IMG/VR virus record: IMGVR_UViG_3300042298_002704
Origin: a virus
Lineage: Duplodnaviria > Heunggongvirae > Uroviricota > Caudoviricetes
Length of the DNA stretch: 64,000 nucleotides
Reading direction: 5' to 3' (one strand)
This document shows positions 17,853 to 28,039 of the stretch, piece after piece (within the stretch, counting starts at the first letter, position 1; each line of letters starts with the position of its first letter). The notes beneath the pieces were generated by a model. That model was not told the origin of the DNA. It searched no databases and saw only the letters and a program-made list of their open reading frames with translations. Made by a program: the position numbers and the translations under genes.

Positions 17853-18381
17853 TTAAATGGGCGACCATTCTTTTTACCACACCACCATGATCATTAATAT
17901 CTAACTTTGCAATGAACTCATGATGTTCATTTTTATACATCTCGAACAACTTTGGATTATTTTCCAAAGATGCTTCAACATTTGCAATTCGATCACATAA
18001 TTTCAATAAAATTGCATCAAACCGTGTTGCGATCTTTGGATATGTCTTTTCTTTACGTTCTACTCTGTTGGTTCCCGGTTCATCAGTAACCAAAAATACT
18101 AAAAGAGCAATATTCCAACCAAATGACTTCCAAATTCCTTCAAAAGTACAAGTAGTATCTTCCAAAATATCGTGAAGATAGGCGGCAGTTTGAATATCAT
18201 CATTTAAATGAAACCGACTCGCAACTTCGTTTACATGATGAAGATGCTCTAAATACGACACATCACCATACATCTGTCCGTGGTGGTATTTGGCGGCGAA
18301 GTCTATCGCTCTTAACATAGATTCAACTTTTTCTATGATTTCAGGGCTGGTTCTGTTTCTAATTCTTTCGTATATATTCAT
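17821..18381 (-). CDS. HD-domain (p)ppGpp hydrolase-like protein (small alarmone hydrolase/Mesh1-like)
   Basis: AIDFAAKYHHGQ...SYLEHL...AAYLHDILEDT...VFLVTD...KLCDRIANV. Confidence 0.8.
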   Translation of the reverse strand: MNIYERIRNRTSPEIIEKVESMLRAIDFAAKYHHGQMYGDVSYLEHLHHVNEVASRFHLNDDIQTAAYLHDILEDTTCTFEGIWKSFGWNIALLVFLVTDEPGTNRVERKEKTYPKIATRFDAILLKLCDRIANVEASLENNPKLFEMYKNEHHEFIAKLDINDHGGVVKRMVAHLNELFDEKQPI

Positions 18382-18396
18382 ATAATTATTTTACCA

Positions 18397-18437
18397 CAAA
18401 GATATGGTAAGTTTTTCAATTAACCAAGAGCGTTAAC
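18397..18437 (-). promoter_or_regulatory. Bacteroidota-type promoter with upstream GTTAA
   Basis: GTTAA-N4-CTTG-N20-TATCTTTG. Confidence 0.65.
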
Positions 18438-18452
18438 AAATCATTATGAATA

Positions 18453-19445
18453 TTACTTCCAAAAGTCATATAATCCTTCCGTTAATTCAATATTCTCGAA
18501 GTTTTTAACTGGTCTGTTTGGTTGAATCTTGGCCCACGCCCACATTTCAGTAAGCATTTGTTTTAAATTGGTTTTAGGTTCAAACCCAAGAATTTGCTTG
18601 GCTCGATCATGGTTTGAATAAGCATTTTTAACTTCATGACGCTCTTGAAGATATACAACATTTTTAGGCGTTTTAGTTATTTCAAATAACATATCAACAA
18701 CTTCATTCAATGTATGAAATTCATCACCACCGACATTAAAGATCGGGTATTCGTAATCATTTTCAGCAACTTTTAAAAACGACTCACAATAATCCGTGAC
18801 CCAACTAAATGCACGAATTTGCTCACCATCCCCATAAATTGTCACTGGTAAATTATTTTTAATCTGGTTCATCCACCGACCAATTACATTTCTGTATTTA
18901 GACCACATATTACAATTTTTACCTATCACGTTATGTGGTCTAATTATTGCCCATTTCAATCCATGTTGTTCTCCCGCAACTTGAATATCCAGTTCAGAAG
19001 CGTATTTTGCAATTCCATACGGATCAATGGGTTGACAAATTTGAGTTTCATAAAATGGAACTTTATTTCTCCCGTAAACCGACATACTCGATAAATATAT
19101 TAATTTGCAATTATATTTAATACAATGATTTATTAGGTTGGCCGTAATCATAATGTTGTTTTCATATGAAAATTTCCGTACAAAAGGTGAGAAGCCTTCT
19201 GCGGCGAACGCGGCCATTGAATAACAATACTGGATATCATGACTTTCAAATATGTCTGACAAATCTGATTGTGCATCTCTTAAATAAAAATGAATTTGAG
19301 ATAGATCAACATTTTCAAGATACCCATCAGATAAATTGTCCAATCCTATAATATCATAGTCAGTGTTTTCATACAACCATTGTGCAAAATTACTACCAAT
19401 TTCTCCACATATTCCTGTAATTAAAATTGAAGGTTTACGTTTCAT
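18453..19445 (-). CDS. NAD-dependent epimerase/dehydratase (extended SDR)
   Basis: ILITGICGEIG, YLSSMSVYG, PYGIAKY (YxxxK), IIRPHNVIG. Confidence 0.9.
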   Translation of the reverse strand: MKRKPSILITGICGEIGSNFAQWLYENTDYDIIGLDNLSDGYLENVDLSQIHFYLRDAQSDLSDIFESHDIQYCYSMAAFAAEGFSPFVRKFSYENNIMITANLINHCIKYNCKLIYLSSMSVYGRNKVPFYETQICQPIDPYGIAKYASELDIQVAGEQHGLKWAIIRPHNVIGKNCNMWSKYRNVIGRWMNQIKNNLPVTIYGDGEQIRAFSWVTDYCESFLKVAENDYEYPIFNVGGDEFHTLNEVVDMLFEITKTPKNVVYLQERHEVKNAYSNHDRAKQILGFEPKTNLKQMLTEMWAWAKIQPNRPVKNFENIELTEGLYDFWK

Positions 19446-19848
19446 TTATTTTCCTCCACGTTTCATCAATTTGGTTTTTAAGTTTTGAACGTTGTTCATT
19501 TGCCGTTCGCAATCGCTTTTCTTGGGCAATGAAAACATTTACATCCGGAGTTTCTTTTTTTGTTTCCTCCAACCTTTTACGGTCACTTTCCCCAATATGA
19601 ATATCCGAAACAATTAACGAATCCAAATCAGTCAGCAATTCATTTACAAAGGTTCTACGTTCTGAAATATATTCGTATTCGGGTTCAAGTAAACATTTTT
19701 CAATTTCTTGGCGTATAAAACTAATTAATTCATCCTGATGAACCGTCAATTCCATATTTCCTTGTTTAACAAAGAAATACCACTTAATTCGCTCAGTGAT
19801 TAGGCGGTCAAAAAGTGCTGATAAGGTGTTTACATTTGTTATTCTCAT
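19435..19848 (-). CDS. Hypothetical coiled-coil protein (probable start MRITN at 19848)
   Basis: TLSALFDRLITERIK...; ATGA overlap at 19845-19848. Confidence 0.6.
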   Translation of the reverse strand: MRITNVNTLSALFDRLITERIKWYFFVKQGNMELTVHQDELISFIRQEIEKCLLEPEYEYISERRTFVNELLTDLDSLIVSDIHIGESDRKRLEETKKETPDVNVFIAQEKRLRTANEQRSKLKNQIDETWRKINET

Positions 19849-19994
19849 AACAACCACCCCGTCAACAATGTGCCAAAAATTGACATTGCAATTAGAGGTA
19901 ATGAACTTTTAATTTCCTCCAAATTCCATTTTTTTAGCCAATAAATCCCTTCTAAGAGAAAGAATAGGGTCATTAGTATAAAAATAATATGCAT
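19845..19994 (-). CDS. Small membrane protein (49 aa), not in ORF track
   Basis: MHIIFILMTLFFLLEGIYWLKKW...IAMSIFGTLLTGWLL. Confidence 0.5.
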   Translation of the reverse strand: MHIIFILMTLFFLLEGIYWLKKWNLEEIKSSLPLIAMSIFGTLLTGWLL

Positions 19995-19998
19995 AGTT

Positions 19999-20346
19999 TT
20001 AAAAATCATCATCATATTCACATTTTACCAGTTTTGTATTTAGTTGATCTATTTTTTGGTTCAATCTTCTGTAATCTTTGAAAAATAACTGAACCTGTTG
20101 TTTTAAAGTTTCATCATCAGGACGGTTGGGACGTTTTATTCCCGCAGTAACAAAATTATCAGTTTCAAATACTGCTTTAAACGTATCTTCCCATTCATTC
20201 AGATTAACTTCTAATTTATTATGTTCTTCTCGAACATCTTGTTGCAAGGAAGTTTTAGTTGGTTCAATATCAACTCGACCAATCTTAGGCGGTTTCTTCC
20301 ACCAAACTAAAAATGAAAATATTATTTTTTTAAACCAATTTAACAT
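19999..20346 (-). CDS. Hypothetical protein (probable start MLNWFKK at 20346)
   Basis: ORF overlapping upstream stop. Confidence 0.5.
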   Translation of the reverse strand: MLNWFKKIIFSFLVWWKKPPKIGRVDIEPTKTSLQQDVREEHNKLEVNLNEWEDTFKAVFETDNFVTAGIKRPNRPDDETLKQQVQLFFKDYRRLNQKIDQLNTKLVKCEYDDDF

Positions 20347-21386
20347 TGACCGTATCCTTCCATTTTTGAAATCCAATCGTAAGTATGTAAAACTAATTTA
20401 TCTGGACTGAACCTTTGATTGAATTCGTATCTAAAATTATTTGTATAATAGTCTTGGAACGCATTAAAATCGCTCAGGATTGACTCTATCGTTTCTTCCA
20501 TATCAGAAGCGTCCCATTTAATTGAAGCGTATGTGGTTTGATTATATGGGTTTGGGGCGGTATTGACGTGGGACATATCAGGTTTCATCAAAATAGAACC
20601 AAACTGGACTGCTTCAAAATCCCTCGGAGCAATTTCTCCGTACCCAAATGGAGCCAAAATAATCTTACTTTGACGCATTATTTGGTAATATTCATTTGGG
20701 GGAATATGTTGTCCGTTTTCAATCATTTTAATGTTGTATTTATCTTTCAATGACAGCAAAACATCGATAAACGGTTTTCTGAATTTATTATAATATTCAG
20801 AATGTTTTATTTCCCATTCCCAGTTTTCCTTTACCGGATATGAAAACAATGCACAAATATCAATCGGTTTATCAATTTGTTTATAATTGAACCACCGTTT
20901 GTCGTGAATGGTATTAAGCCAATTACAACCACTTAATTTGACATTATAAAGTTCTTCATTAATTTGATAGTTGTGATCCGGATTTTCTGATTTGCCCCAA
21001 AAATACCTCCCCAAAACACTTGGTTCTTTATACCAATCTAAATTATTGTAAAGTGAATTTTTAAACAAATATTTAGCCTTGGTTTCTTTGAAAACGTCCC
21101 AACTTCCTGCTAAACTTGGAGAATCACATCCGTCAAACATTACAACATCACCATGTTCACACAACCGTTCCATAACTCTAATTCCAGTTTCTACGACAAA
21201 AAGAAAATGTTTGTCTTTTTTGATGAATGTCGGATGTGCTACCCAAAGCATATCCCAATCATTTCCTTGGGTAATGAACTGAATACCAACGTCGTTAAAT
21301 AAGTTTCTAACGTCTGAAAACAAAAATGGTCGAAATGTGGTTTCGACCCTATGCTTCTCAATTTCATGTAATTTAATCTTTATCAT
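20340..21386 (-). CDS. Glycosyltransferase (GT-B, Glyco_trans_1_2-like)
   Basis: YYQIMRQSKIILAPFGYGEIAPRDFEAVQFGSILMKP; probable start MIKIKL at 21386. Confidence 0.75.
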   Translation of the reverse strand: MIKIKLHEIEKHRVETTFRPFLFSDVRNLFNDVGIQFITQGNDWDMLWVAHPTFIKKDKHFLFVVETGIRVMERLCEHGDVVMFDGCDSPSLAGSWDVFKETKAKYLFKNSLYNNLDWYKEPSVLGRYFWGKSENPDHNYQINEELYNVKLSGCNWLNTIHDKRWFNYKQIDKPIDICALFSYPVKENWEWEIKHSEYYNKFRKPFIDVLLSLKDKYNIKMIENGQHIPPNEYYQIMRQSKIILAPFGYGEIAPRDFEAVQFGSILMKPDMSHVNTAPNPYNQTTYASIKWDASDMEETIESILSDFNAFQDYYTNNFRYEFNQRFSPDKLVLHTYDWISKMEGYGQC

Positions 21387-21549
21387 TTCTAATTTCAATT
21401 CTCTCAATTACGGCAGCAATTAAATAAATAAACAACCCTAACCAAATTTGATTAGAATCAAAATGTCCTCCTTCTGGGTTATTTGAACAATTACATCCTG
21501 CACCATTACAAAATACAAATATTGCGACTAATTTAATTATATCTATCAT
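21373..21549 (-). CDS. Small Cys-rich membrane protein (58 aa), not in ORF track
   Basis: MIDIIKLVAIFVFCNGAGCNCSNNPEGG...IWLGLFIYLIAAVIER; ATGA overlap at start. Confidence 0.45.
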   Translation of the reverse strand: MIDIIKLVAIFVFCNGAGCNCSNNPEGGHFDSNQIWLGLFIYLIAAVIERIEIRNDKD

Positions 21550-22259
21550 TTTTCAAGTGTTTTGTAAAAGTCATTTTGTCGTTTTTGACGTTGAAAATCT
21601 TTAATATGAAAAATACACCAACTTAAATCAAATTCACCATTTGTGAAATTGGTTGGTAAAATTGAATAATTTTTAAATCCGGTCAATCGTTCATGTACTT
21701 GACCTTGATATTTAATTCCGATACCATTTTTCCAAATCCGTTGTTGAGGATCGTTGAAGTTGACAATGTTAGGAACTAAATCTCTGTAACTACAATCTTT
21801 TAATATTTTTTTACTTTCAGGTTCAGTTACGGTAAACGTTTGAACATTCCAATTCATTTGTCTTGTATAATCATCTGACAAATCGTTGACAACGTTAAAC
21901 CTTGGCAAAACAAATAAATCAATATCAGGATTTTCACTTAAAAGACCTTTAACATTTAAAAGTAAATTAGGATGAATTAATTCGTCAGCATCAATCAAAA
22001 ATGAATATTCTTTTGTTGCTTGGTTAAGTAAGTTATTCTTGAAACTTGCAAAATCTTTGTTTAACGGATATTCAACATATTTGACTCTTACATCTTTTAA
22101 AGAATTTCTTACTACGGAAATAACTTCATCGGTAACCTTTCCTTGGTCGCCTTGAATTATGATTTCATCTTCACTCCCAATATACTGAAACAACTGCTTC
22201 AATAATTTTGAAAGTTCCAAATGTTCATTATGAACTGCTATTAAATAACTAATTTTCAT
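21546..22259 (-). CDS. Glycosyltransferase family 2
   Basis: MKISYLIAVHNE, FLIDADE (DxD), DPQQRIWK, VHERLTG. Confidence 0.88.
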   Translation of the reverse strand: MKISYLIAVHNEHLELSKLLKQLFQYIGSEDEIIIQGDQGKVTDEVISVVRNSLKDVRVKYVEYPLNKDFASFKNNLLNQATKEYSFLIDADELIHPNLLLNVKGLLSENPDIDLFVLPRFNVVNDLSDDYTRQMNWNVQTFTVTEPESKKILKDCSYRDLVPNIVNFNDPQQRIWKNGIGIKYQGQVHERLTGFKNYSILPTNFTNGEFDLSWCIFHIKDFQRQKRQNDFYKTLEK

Positions 22260-22698
22260 TTATAACTCGAGTTTGAAATTCATCAAATGCTTCTAAAAAA
22301 GAAGTAAAATATTGTGCGTTATTTGGGTCTAAAACTTCTTCAACCAATTTATTATCTTGATCAGGAATCTTACGCCGTATTTCAAATTCATAAATGTCTT
22401 CCGGTAAACGGGCGCGAAACGTATTCACTTCCCACTGATTATCAGGAGTCGGAAACAATACTGAATTTTGAGAAAATTGAATAAGTTTAAACCATTTATC
22501 AGTTCCGTTTACAAAAACAGAATTACGAACAAATTCAGGAATTTTTTCCTCAAATCCTCCATTCCATTCACATAAATGATAACCTGTTTCCAAACAAAGT
22601 CTCATTCCATCAACGACCACTACTGATTTATTTCCAGTAATGGGGCTGTTTTCATCGTAATTCCAATTATTCTTTTTCTTCATATATTCTAAACTCAT
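22249..22698 (-). CDS. Hypothetical protein (149 aa)
   Basis: ORF in operon-like packing. Confidence 0.6.
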   Translation of the reverse strand: MSLEYMKKKNNWNYDENSPITGNKSVVVVDGMRLCLETGYHLCEWNGGFEEKIPEFVRNSVFVNGTDKWFKLIQFSQNSVLFPTPDNQWEVNTFRARLPEDIYEFEIRRKIPDQDNKLVEEVLDPNNAQYFTSFLEAFDEFQTRVINEN

Positions 22699-22746
22699 TT
22701 AAAACGCAAATTATAATAAACGTCAACATAATAACAATATCACCAA

Positions 22747-24051
22747 TCATACTTTTTTAAGTGATGGAAGTTTTAGTTCAAACCTCTTCGGTTCGTTTTC
22801 CACAAGTATAACGTTTTTATTCCAAATTTCCAAGAATCTTTCCTGCATTTTTGTTAATGAAAAGTTATCTTTGGTGTACTTGGGATGTTTCCGACTTCTT
22901 TCCAAATGTTTTTCGTAATTTTCAAACACATCAACCAAAACTTGACTTGCATATGAATAATTGACTGTAAACCACTGACCTTCTTTCGGAAGCCACTCAT
23001 TTGCAGCACTTGGATGGATTTGAGTTAATTGGCCCGGAAGCAAAACTGAATAATCGCGATTTAAAAAGTCCAAATGCCCACTATATCCACTTGCGATGAC
23101 AGGTTTACCAGTAGTTGTAAATTCCAACAATGGAAGACCATATCCCTCGCCCTTAGTCAAAGAAACCAATGCTTTGATTTTAGGATGATTGTAAAGCGTA
23201 TTCATTTCATTGTCACTCAAATCACCGTTAATCAAATAAATATTTGGAAATTTACCTGTAAAACCTTCGTGACGGATTATTTCTTGAATGTCATTTATTT
23301 TTACAATAATTTGATCACGTTCGGGATATGAAAATCCGGCTCCATTTACTTTTAAAACCAAGGCAGGTCTGTTTTTCTTGTTTTTAAAGGTATCCAAAAA
23401 CAGTTTAACCGTCATACCTATATCTTTTCTATCTTGACCCAATTCTCCGCTTAACCAAGTTCCAGTAACCAAAAAACAGAAACTTTCTTTGATTTCATTT
23501 ATTTGCTGGACAATTGGACTGTCCTTTAAATAATTGTCTTTATTGAAAATATTTGTATCCAAACCTTCAAACAAAACTTCAACTGGTTTAGTTACTTGAA
23601 GCGTATGCTCAATTTGACCTTGGGGATTTTTTTTGTCATATTTGGTTCCAACCAAAACATCTTTGGTAAATTGTGAAGGAACTAAAATTAAATCGACGTT
23701 TTCTGAACCTTGAACAAAACTTAATGGGGCAATAGTTACTTCCGTTCCCGCCGTTATACCTATTGATCTTTTACCTAAACGTTGAAATTCGGATGGAATG
23801 CTGATTTGGATTGAAACATCAGGCTGTTCAGATATTTGATTAACTTCATGTTTCAACCAAAGTTGATGCATAGGATTGTCACCTTCCAATGCAGTCAATG
23901 GAGTTGATCCCCACTTAGTTGAAACTAATTTGATATTATAATTTTCAACTATTTCAGGCGTATTGAAAATGGCAGTTAAAATTTGCCTCGAATGTGTGCC
24001 GTAGCCACTTCTCGTTCGGTAGGGTGCGATGATTACCAATGATTTATTCAA
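22747..24051 (-). CDS. Glycosyltransferase family 4 (GT-B)
   Basis: SGYG, RKDIG, TKGEGYGLPLLEFTTTGKPVIASGYSGHLDF (E-x7-E). Confidence 0.9.
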   Translation of the reverse strand: MNKSLVIIAPYRTRSGYGTHSRQILTAIFNTPEIVENYNIKLVSTKWGSTPLTALEGDNPMHQLWLKHEVNQISEQPDVSIQISIPSEFQRLGKRSIGITAGTEVTIAPLSFVQGSENVDLILVPSQFTKDVLVGTKYDKKNPQGQIEHTLQVTKPVEVLFEGLDTNIFNKDNYLKDSPIVQQINEIKESFCFLVTGTWLSGELGQDRKDIGMTVKLFLDTFKNKKNRPALVLKVNGAGFSYPERDQIIVKINDIQEIIRHEGFTGKFPNIYLINGDLSDNEMNTLYNHPKIKALVSLTKGEGYGLPLLEFTTTGKPVIASGYSGHLDFLNRDYSVLLPGQLTQIHPSAANEWLPKEGQWFTVNYSYASQVLVDVFENYEKHLERSRKHPKYTKDNFSLTKMQERFLEIWNKNVILVENEPKRFELKLPSLKKV

Positions 24052-24464
24052 TTAATTTTTCCTTTTTTACTATTAATAATACAATTATCAATTAACCACA
24101 TTTCAACTCGATTCCAATCAACAAATGGTCTACCACTTATAGATTCATCATAAATCAATGAACATCCCAATGCAGCATCATCGATATAAAGTTGAGCATA
24201 TTGTTTATTTGAATTAGTCCGCCCTACATTCGTCTGTTCCGGATTTTCATTTATTCCCCACAATTCAGTCCCGTTTAATTCAAACCAATTAACTGCGTCG
24301 GCCAAAGTATGACCGTCAGGCTTTGAACCTCTCATAGTCCATAACATTATTTTATGACCAGATTCAACTAATTGCTTTAATACTGGAACTGATCCAATAT
24401 CTTTACCGACCAACGGATAATCATGCGTTACGCAAGTTCCATCAAAATCAATCGCTATAATCAT
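24048..24464 (-). CDS. HAD-superfamily phosphatase (BT0820-like)
   Basis: IIAIDFDGTCV (DxDxT), LWTMR, LYIDD. Confidence 0.85.
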   Translation of the reverse strand: MIIAIDFDGTCVTHDYPLVGKDIGSVPVLKQLVESGHKIMLWTMRGSKPDGHTLADAVNWFELNGTELWGINENPEQTNVGRTNSNKQYAQLYIDDAALGCSLIYDESISGRPFVDWNRVEMWLIDNCIINSKKGKIN

Positions 24465-24760
24465 ATTTCCTTCAAACCTAAAAGTTTACGTTCTTCTGTT
24501 GTTAATTTAGATAATGCAGTTTTTATTTTTTCTTTATTTGCAAGTTTCTCGACAAATAAATTTGTATTATAATAATCCAATAATTTTTCAGACGCGACAG
24601 ATTTCCATTCTGGATTACCTAACAAATGTAAAGATTCATCAAATAGTGTTTGAAATTCATAACCACTTGAGCATTCTTTCTGCACTGCCGATTCTAACCA
24701 CGACAATAATCGGGTCTCATATTTAAGTAAATCTTCTTCTGTTTCGAATATAAGTTTCAT
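24461..24760 (-). CDS. Hypothetical protein (99 aa)
   Basis: ATGA overlap with downstream gene. Confidence 0.6.
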   Translation of the reverse strand: MKLIFETEEDLLKYETRLLSWLESAVQKECSSGYEFQTLFDESLHLLGNPEWKSVASEKLLDYYNTNLFVEKLANKEKIKTALSKLTTEERKLLGLKEI

Positions 24761-24778
24761 AAATTTAAAAATGGAGGT

Positions 24779-26275
24779 TTACCAAACAATTCCGTCACAT
24801 TCGGGACTTGTTTGTTCGTTTATTTGAATAGTTTCATATTTTGGTTTATGTTTCCAAGTCGAAAATAATGTTTCAACTGAATTGATAAACCGTTTACACA
24901 TTTCTTTGTCTGACATCCCACTTTCTTCACCCATAACCCAATTTCTACCACTTAATCCTCTTCGTTCTCGCTCTTCCCTTCCTAAATCATAAATGAACCT
25001 CAATCCAGTTGCAGCATCTTCGGCATCTGAATAATCATCAAAAATATAAGGAGTCATTGGAGAACCTTGTAACGCTCTTGCTCTTGGAAAAATTGGATAT
25101 GCCCATTCTCCACATTTTTGATATTGACCTCTTGAATTAGAAGCAAAAGTTGGAGTTATTTCAATCCAGTCACCATTTTCATCTTCAAACCTCAGTTGAT
25201 CCTGTAATCCACCAGTAACAGGTGCAATTAACATCGTTCCGCACATCAAACTTTCATTTGCAGCCAAACCAAATCCTTCGGCACTTGACATAAAGAAAGT
25301 ACAATCGCTAAGATTGTAAAACCAATTCAATTGTTGAGCAGATAAAAGTTCTTGATTAAATAAAACTTTGTAATTCGGACAAACGGCTTTTTTAACAGCC
25401 ATTAAATCAGTTCCGTTTTCATCAACTACGGCAGTTTTCATTATCAAGCAACAACGTTTTGCTTTCTCTTTCGGGAGTTGATCGCAAAAACGTCTGAAAC
25501 TTAGAATAATGTCTCCGGGTTGTTTTCTTCTAATGTTTCGACTATTGTAAAATACAATAAAATCAACGTCATGTTTCTTCTTAAATTCTTCTTCAAACCG
25601 TTTAAATTCCAACCAATCTGGACTGTCAGGTGTTTGTTTAAAATAATATTTTGAGTTTGAACCATGAGGCACATAACTCAACAAAACTCCGTTAATATCG
25701 TCAACAACTTTGTCGATATCAGTCGTTTTAGTTCCATGTCGACGTAAAACTTCTTGGTTAACCATTTTGGTTTGACGATTGATTGACATTAATAAATCGC
25801 AACTTGCATACGCCGAAGCATTCCAATTCGAATACGGTAAATTGTCCCAAATTGTTAAATAAGCCAGAGGAATCTTATATTCGCTTCTAAGTTCGTGTTC
25901 CATTGCAAAAACGTGACCAAAAAATCTCGGGTCGGTTATCAATAGTAACAAATCAGGTTTTTCATAATGAATAATTTCCCTGATTACATCTTGATTTCCA
26001 TATCCGTTATGGCAGTAGATTTTCACCATCGGAGATTCTACTCCGGTTTCCCGCTCAACTTCTTCACTTAAATTCAAAATTTTACCGTGGTCGGGATGAT
26101 TTAACGCAGCCCCAAGTTGAACCCAATCGTATTTGTCGCAAGTTCCTAAGACTAATTCTTTGGAAACAGTAGCAACTCCCGAATGGAACTGAAGCGAATC
26201 TGATATTAAAAAAATCTTTTTACGTTTTGGTCGTTCTACTCCGATTTTACGGAGTTTGGGTAATTGAATTTGCAA
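24779..26275 (-). CDS. Glycosyltransferase family 4 (GT-B)
   Basis: HSGVATV, NSRNIRRKQPGD, SSAEGFGLAANESLMCG (E-x7-E); TTG start. Confidence 0.9.
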   Translation of the reverse strand: MQIQLPKLRKIGVERPKRKKIFLISDSLQFHSGVATVSKELVLGTCDKYDWVQLGAALNHPDHGKILNLSEEVERETGVESPMVKIYCHNGYGNQDVIREIIHYEKPDLLLLITDPRFFGHVFAMEHELRSEYKIPLAYLTIWDNLPYSNWNASAYASCDLLMSINRQTKMVNQEVLRRHGTKTTDIDKVVDDINGVLLSYVPHGSNSKYYFKQTPDSPDWLEFKRFEEEFKKKHDVDFIVFYNSRNIRRKQPGDIILSFRRFCDQLPKEKAKRCCLIMKTAVVDENGTDLMAVKKAVCPNYKVLFNQELLSAQQLNWFYNLSDCTFFMSSAEGFGLAANESLMCGTMLIAPVTGGLQDQLRFEDENGDWIEITPTFASNSRGQYQKCGEWAYPIFPRARALQGSPMTPYIFDDYSDAEDAATGLRFIYDLGREERERRGLSGRNWVMGEESGMSDKEMCKRFINSVETLFSTWKHKPKYETIQINEQTSPECDGIVW

Positions 26276-26291
26276 TTATACGTTTCCTTTC

Positions 26292-26747
26292 TTATATATT
26301 TTTAAGTGTTTCTTTAACCAAATCTTCTAAATTATTTAACGGATTCCGACCAGTTTCTTTTGTATAAATGTAATCTAAATACCGATTATTATCACTATTA
26401 TCAGGTCTCCCGTAAATAATAGGTTTATCGGAATATACCCATCTACCAAACTCAACATTGGATGTGAATCCGAATATCTGATTATCGATAGAACGTGGTA
26501 TCCAAAATAAGATTACATCAACAAGTTTCAAATACTCACATTCCCAATCAATAACATCTACATAATCAGCCCAATGATTGTGTTCAGGTTCAGGTATAAT
26601 CAAAGTCCCCTCAAAATTATTTTGCCTAAATAACTCAACTATTTCCTTTCTCCATACCAAAGTTTGACCTTTTCTTGGAGAACAACCTGCAAGGAAAATA
26701 CTTTTTCCTTGTATTTCTTTGTGCTGACCTGAATAAATTAAATTCAC
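26292..26747 (-). CDS. Nucleoside 2-deoxyribosyltransferase-like protein
   Basis: SIFLAG...WRKE...DWECEYLKLVDVILFWIPR...TSNVEFGRW. Confidence 0.8.
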   Translation of the reverse strand: MNLIYSGQHKEIQGKSIFLAGCSPRKGQTLVWRKEIVELFRQNNFEGTLIIPEPEHNHWADYVDVIDWECEYLKLVDVILFWIPRSIDNQIFGFTSNVEFGRWVYSDKPIIYGRPDNSDNNRYLDYIYTKETGRNPLNNLEDLVKETLKNI

Positions 26748-27019
26748 GGATAAACTTGAGTTTTGGTTATAAATGCCATTTCAGTTTCATATGCAATTTT
26801 TAGCCGTTTGTAATCGTCTAATGCAGCATCAAAATCGCAATATTCATCCGAACCTACCCAAAGACACTCATGTTCGTTATGATATGACGAAATGGGAGAC
26901 CATTTTTCCTTCCACCACATTGGGGATTGATATTGTCTCTCAATGTTATACGTTTCGGGAACAACAGAATCGTGTCTTGTATTTCTTACAATTCTGAATA
27001 TTTCTTCAAATTTTTTCAT
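26744..27019 (-). CDS. Hypothetical protein (91 aa)
   Basis: ATGA overlap with downstream gene. Confidence 0.55.
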   Translation of the reverse strand: MKKFEEIFRIVRNTRHDSVVPETYNIERQYQSPMWWKEKWSPISSYHNEHECLWVGSDEYCDFDAALDDYKRLKIAYETEMAFITKTQVYP

Positions 27020-27033
27020 TAAATTGTTTATTT

Positions 27034-27618
27034 TTAATAAGGGAAAACGTTTTCATCATAAAATTTTTGCATGGCATTCCAGCAAAACAAAATTTCGTCT
27101 TCTGATACAGGTTTAAAGTGCCAAGCATCAACTCCAACATTGATCATATTTTTTTGAACCTTCCAAAGTCCGTGAATATGACCTGTAATCGCGAAATCAA
27201 ATCTTTGCCGGTCGTTGTCCCAAAGTTCTGATTTGCATTTAATTGGATAGTGATTCAAAAATACTCCTTTGATTGTCTCTCCTATATGAATAACTGTTGA
27301 ATCGAAGATGTTATCGAAATATTTTCCTAAAATGTCCAATTTATCTTCGTCGTAATTTCCGACGATAAGATTAAATTTTGATTTGGGATAAGATTGTCTG
27401 AGACTTTCAAAATAAAATTCATCGGATAAGTCATAAATAACATCGCCCAAATGCCACAGTTCATCTCCATCTTTGAAATCAGAATCTCTAAAATTAACAA
27501 TTATTGTTTGATTTTGTTCATGTATCGATCTAAATGAACGATAAAAAAGATTGGGCTTCCCATCAATTCCAATTCGGCCATCTCCAAGATGCCAATCGGA
27601 TGTAAACCATTTTTTCAT
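27034..27618 (-). CDS. Calcineurin-like metallophosphoesterase
   Basis: TSDWHLG, HLGD, VGNYD, NHYP, GHIH, INVGVDAW. Confidence 0.9.
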   Translation of the reverse strand: MKKWFTSDWHLGDGRIGIDGKPNLFYRSFRSIHEQNQTIIVNFRDSDFKDGDELWHLGDVIYDLSDEFYFESLRQSYPKSKFNLIVGNYDEDKLDILGKYFDNIFDSTVIHIGETIKGVFLNHYPIKCKSELWDNDRQRFDFAITGHIHGLWKVQKNMINVGVDAWHFKPVSEDEILFCWNAMQKFYDENVFPY

Positions 27619-27881
27619 TTTAAATTATTTTTATATTTTTGATATTCGATTTCTAAACTTTCATCTGGATGGGACTTTTCATTACAGTACGGACAAATTA
27701 AAAGTTCACCATCATCACTATAACCAACAAGTTCGAAGTTACCATTTTTGGAATTAACTGAAATACAGTTTTTACATCGACAAAGCGAAGGCATATAACA
27801 AGATGGACAATAAAACACACCCAACGTTTCACTTTGGTTTGACGTAAACTTTTCGCCAATATCTCGGTCTGGTTTCGACAT
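27615..27881 (-). CDS. Cys-rich (zinc-binding) hypothetical protein
   Basis: CPSC, CRCKNC, CPYC. Confidence 0.6.
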   Translation of the reverse strand: MSKPDRDIGEKFTSNQSETLGVFYCPSCYMPSLCRCKNCISVNSKNGNFELVGYSDDGELLICPYCNEKSHPDESLEIEYQKYKNNLK

Positions 27882-28039
27882 AAAAATATTTATTATTTTG
27901 TTTTAAAATCTTAACTTCTTTACCTCGAACCTTTCTAACTTCATTGGTAACTTTGACATTTCTAAGTTCGGTTTGATAAGTGTACCAAGGACTATGAGTT
28001 TGTGCCTGTAAAGTTGTGCATATAAGTATCATTTTCAAA

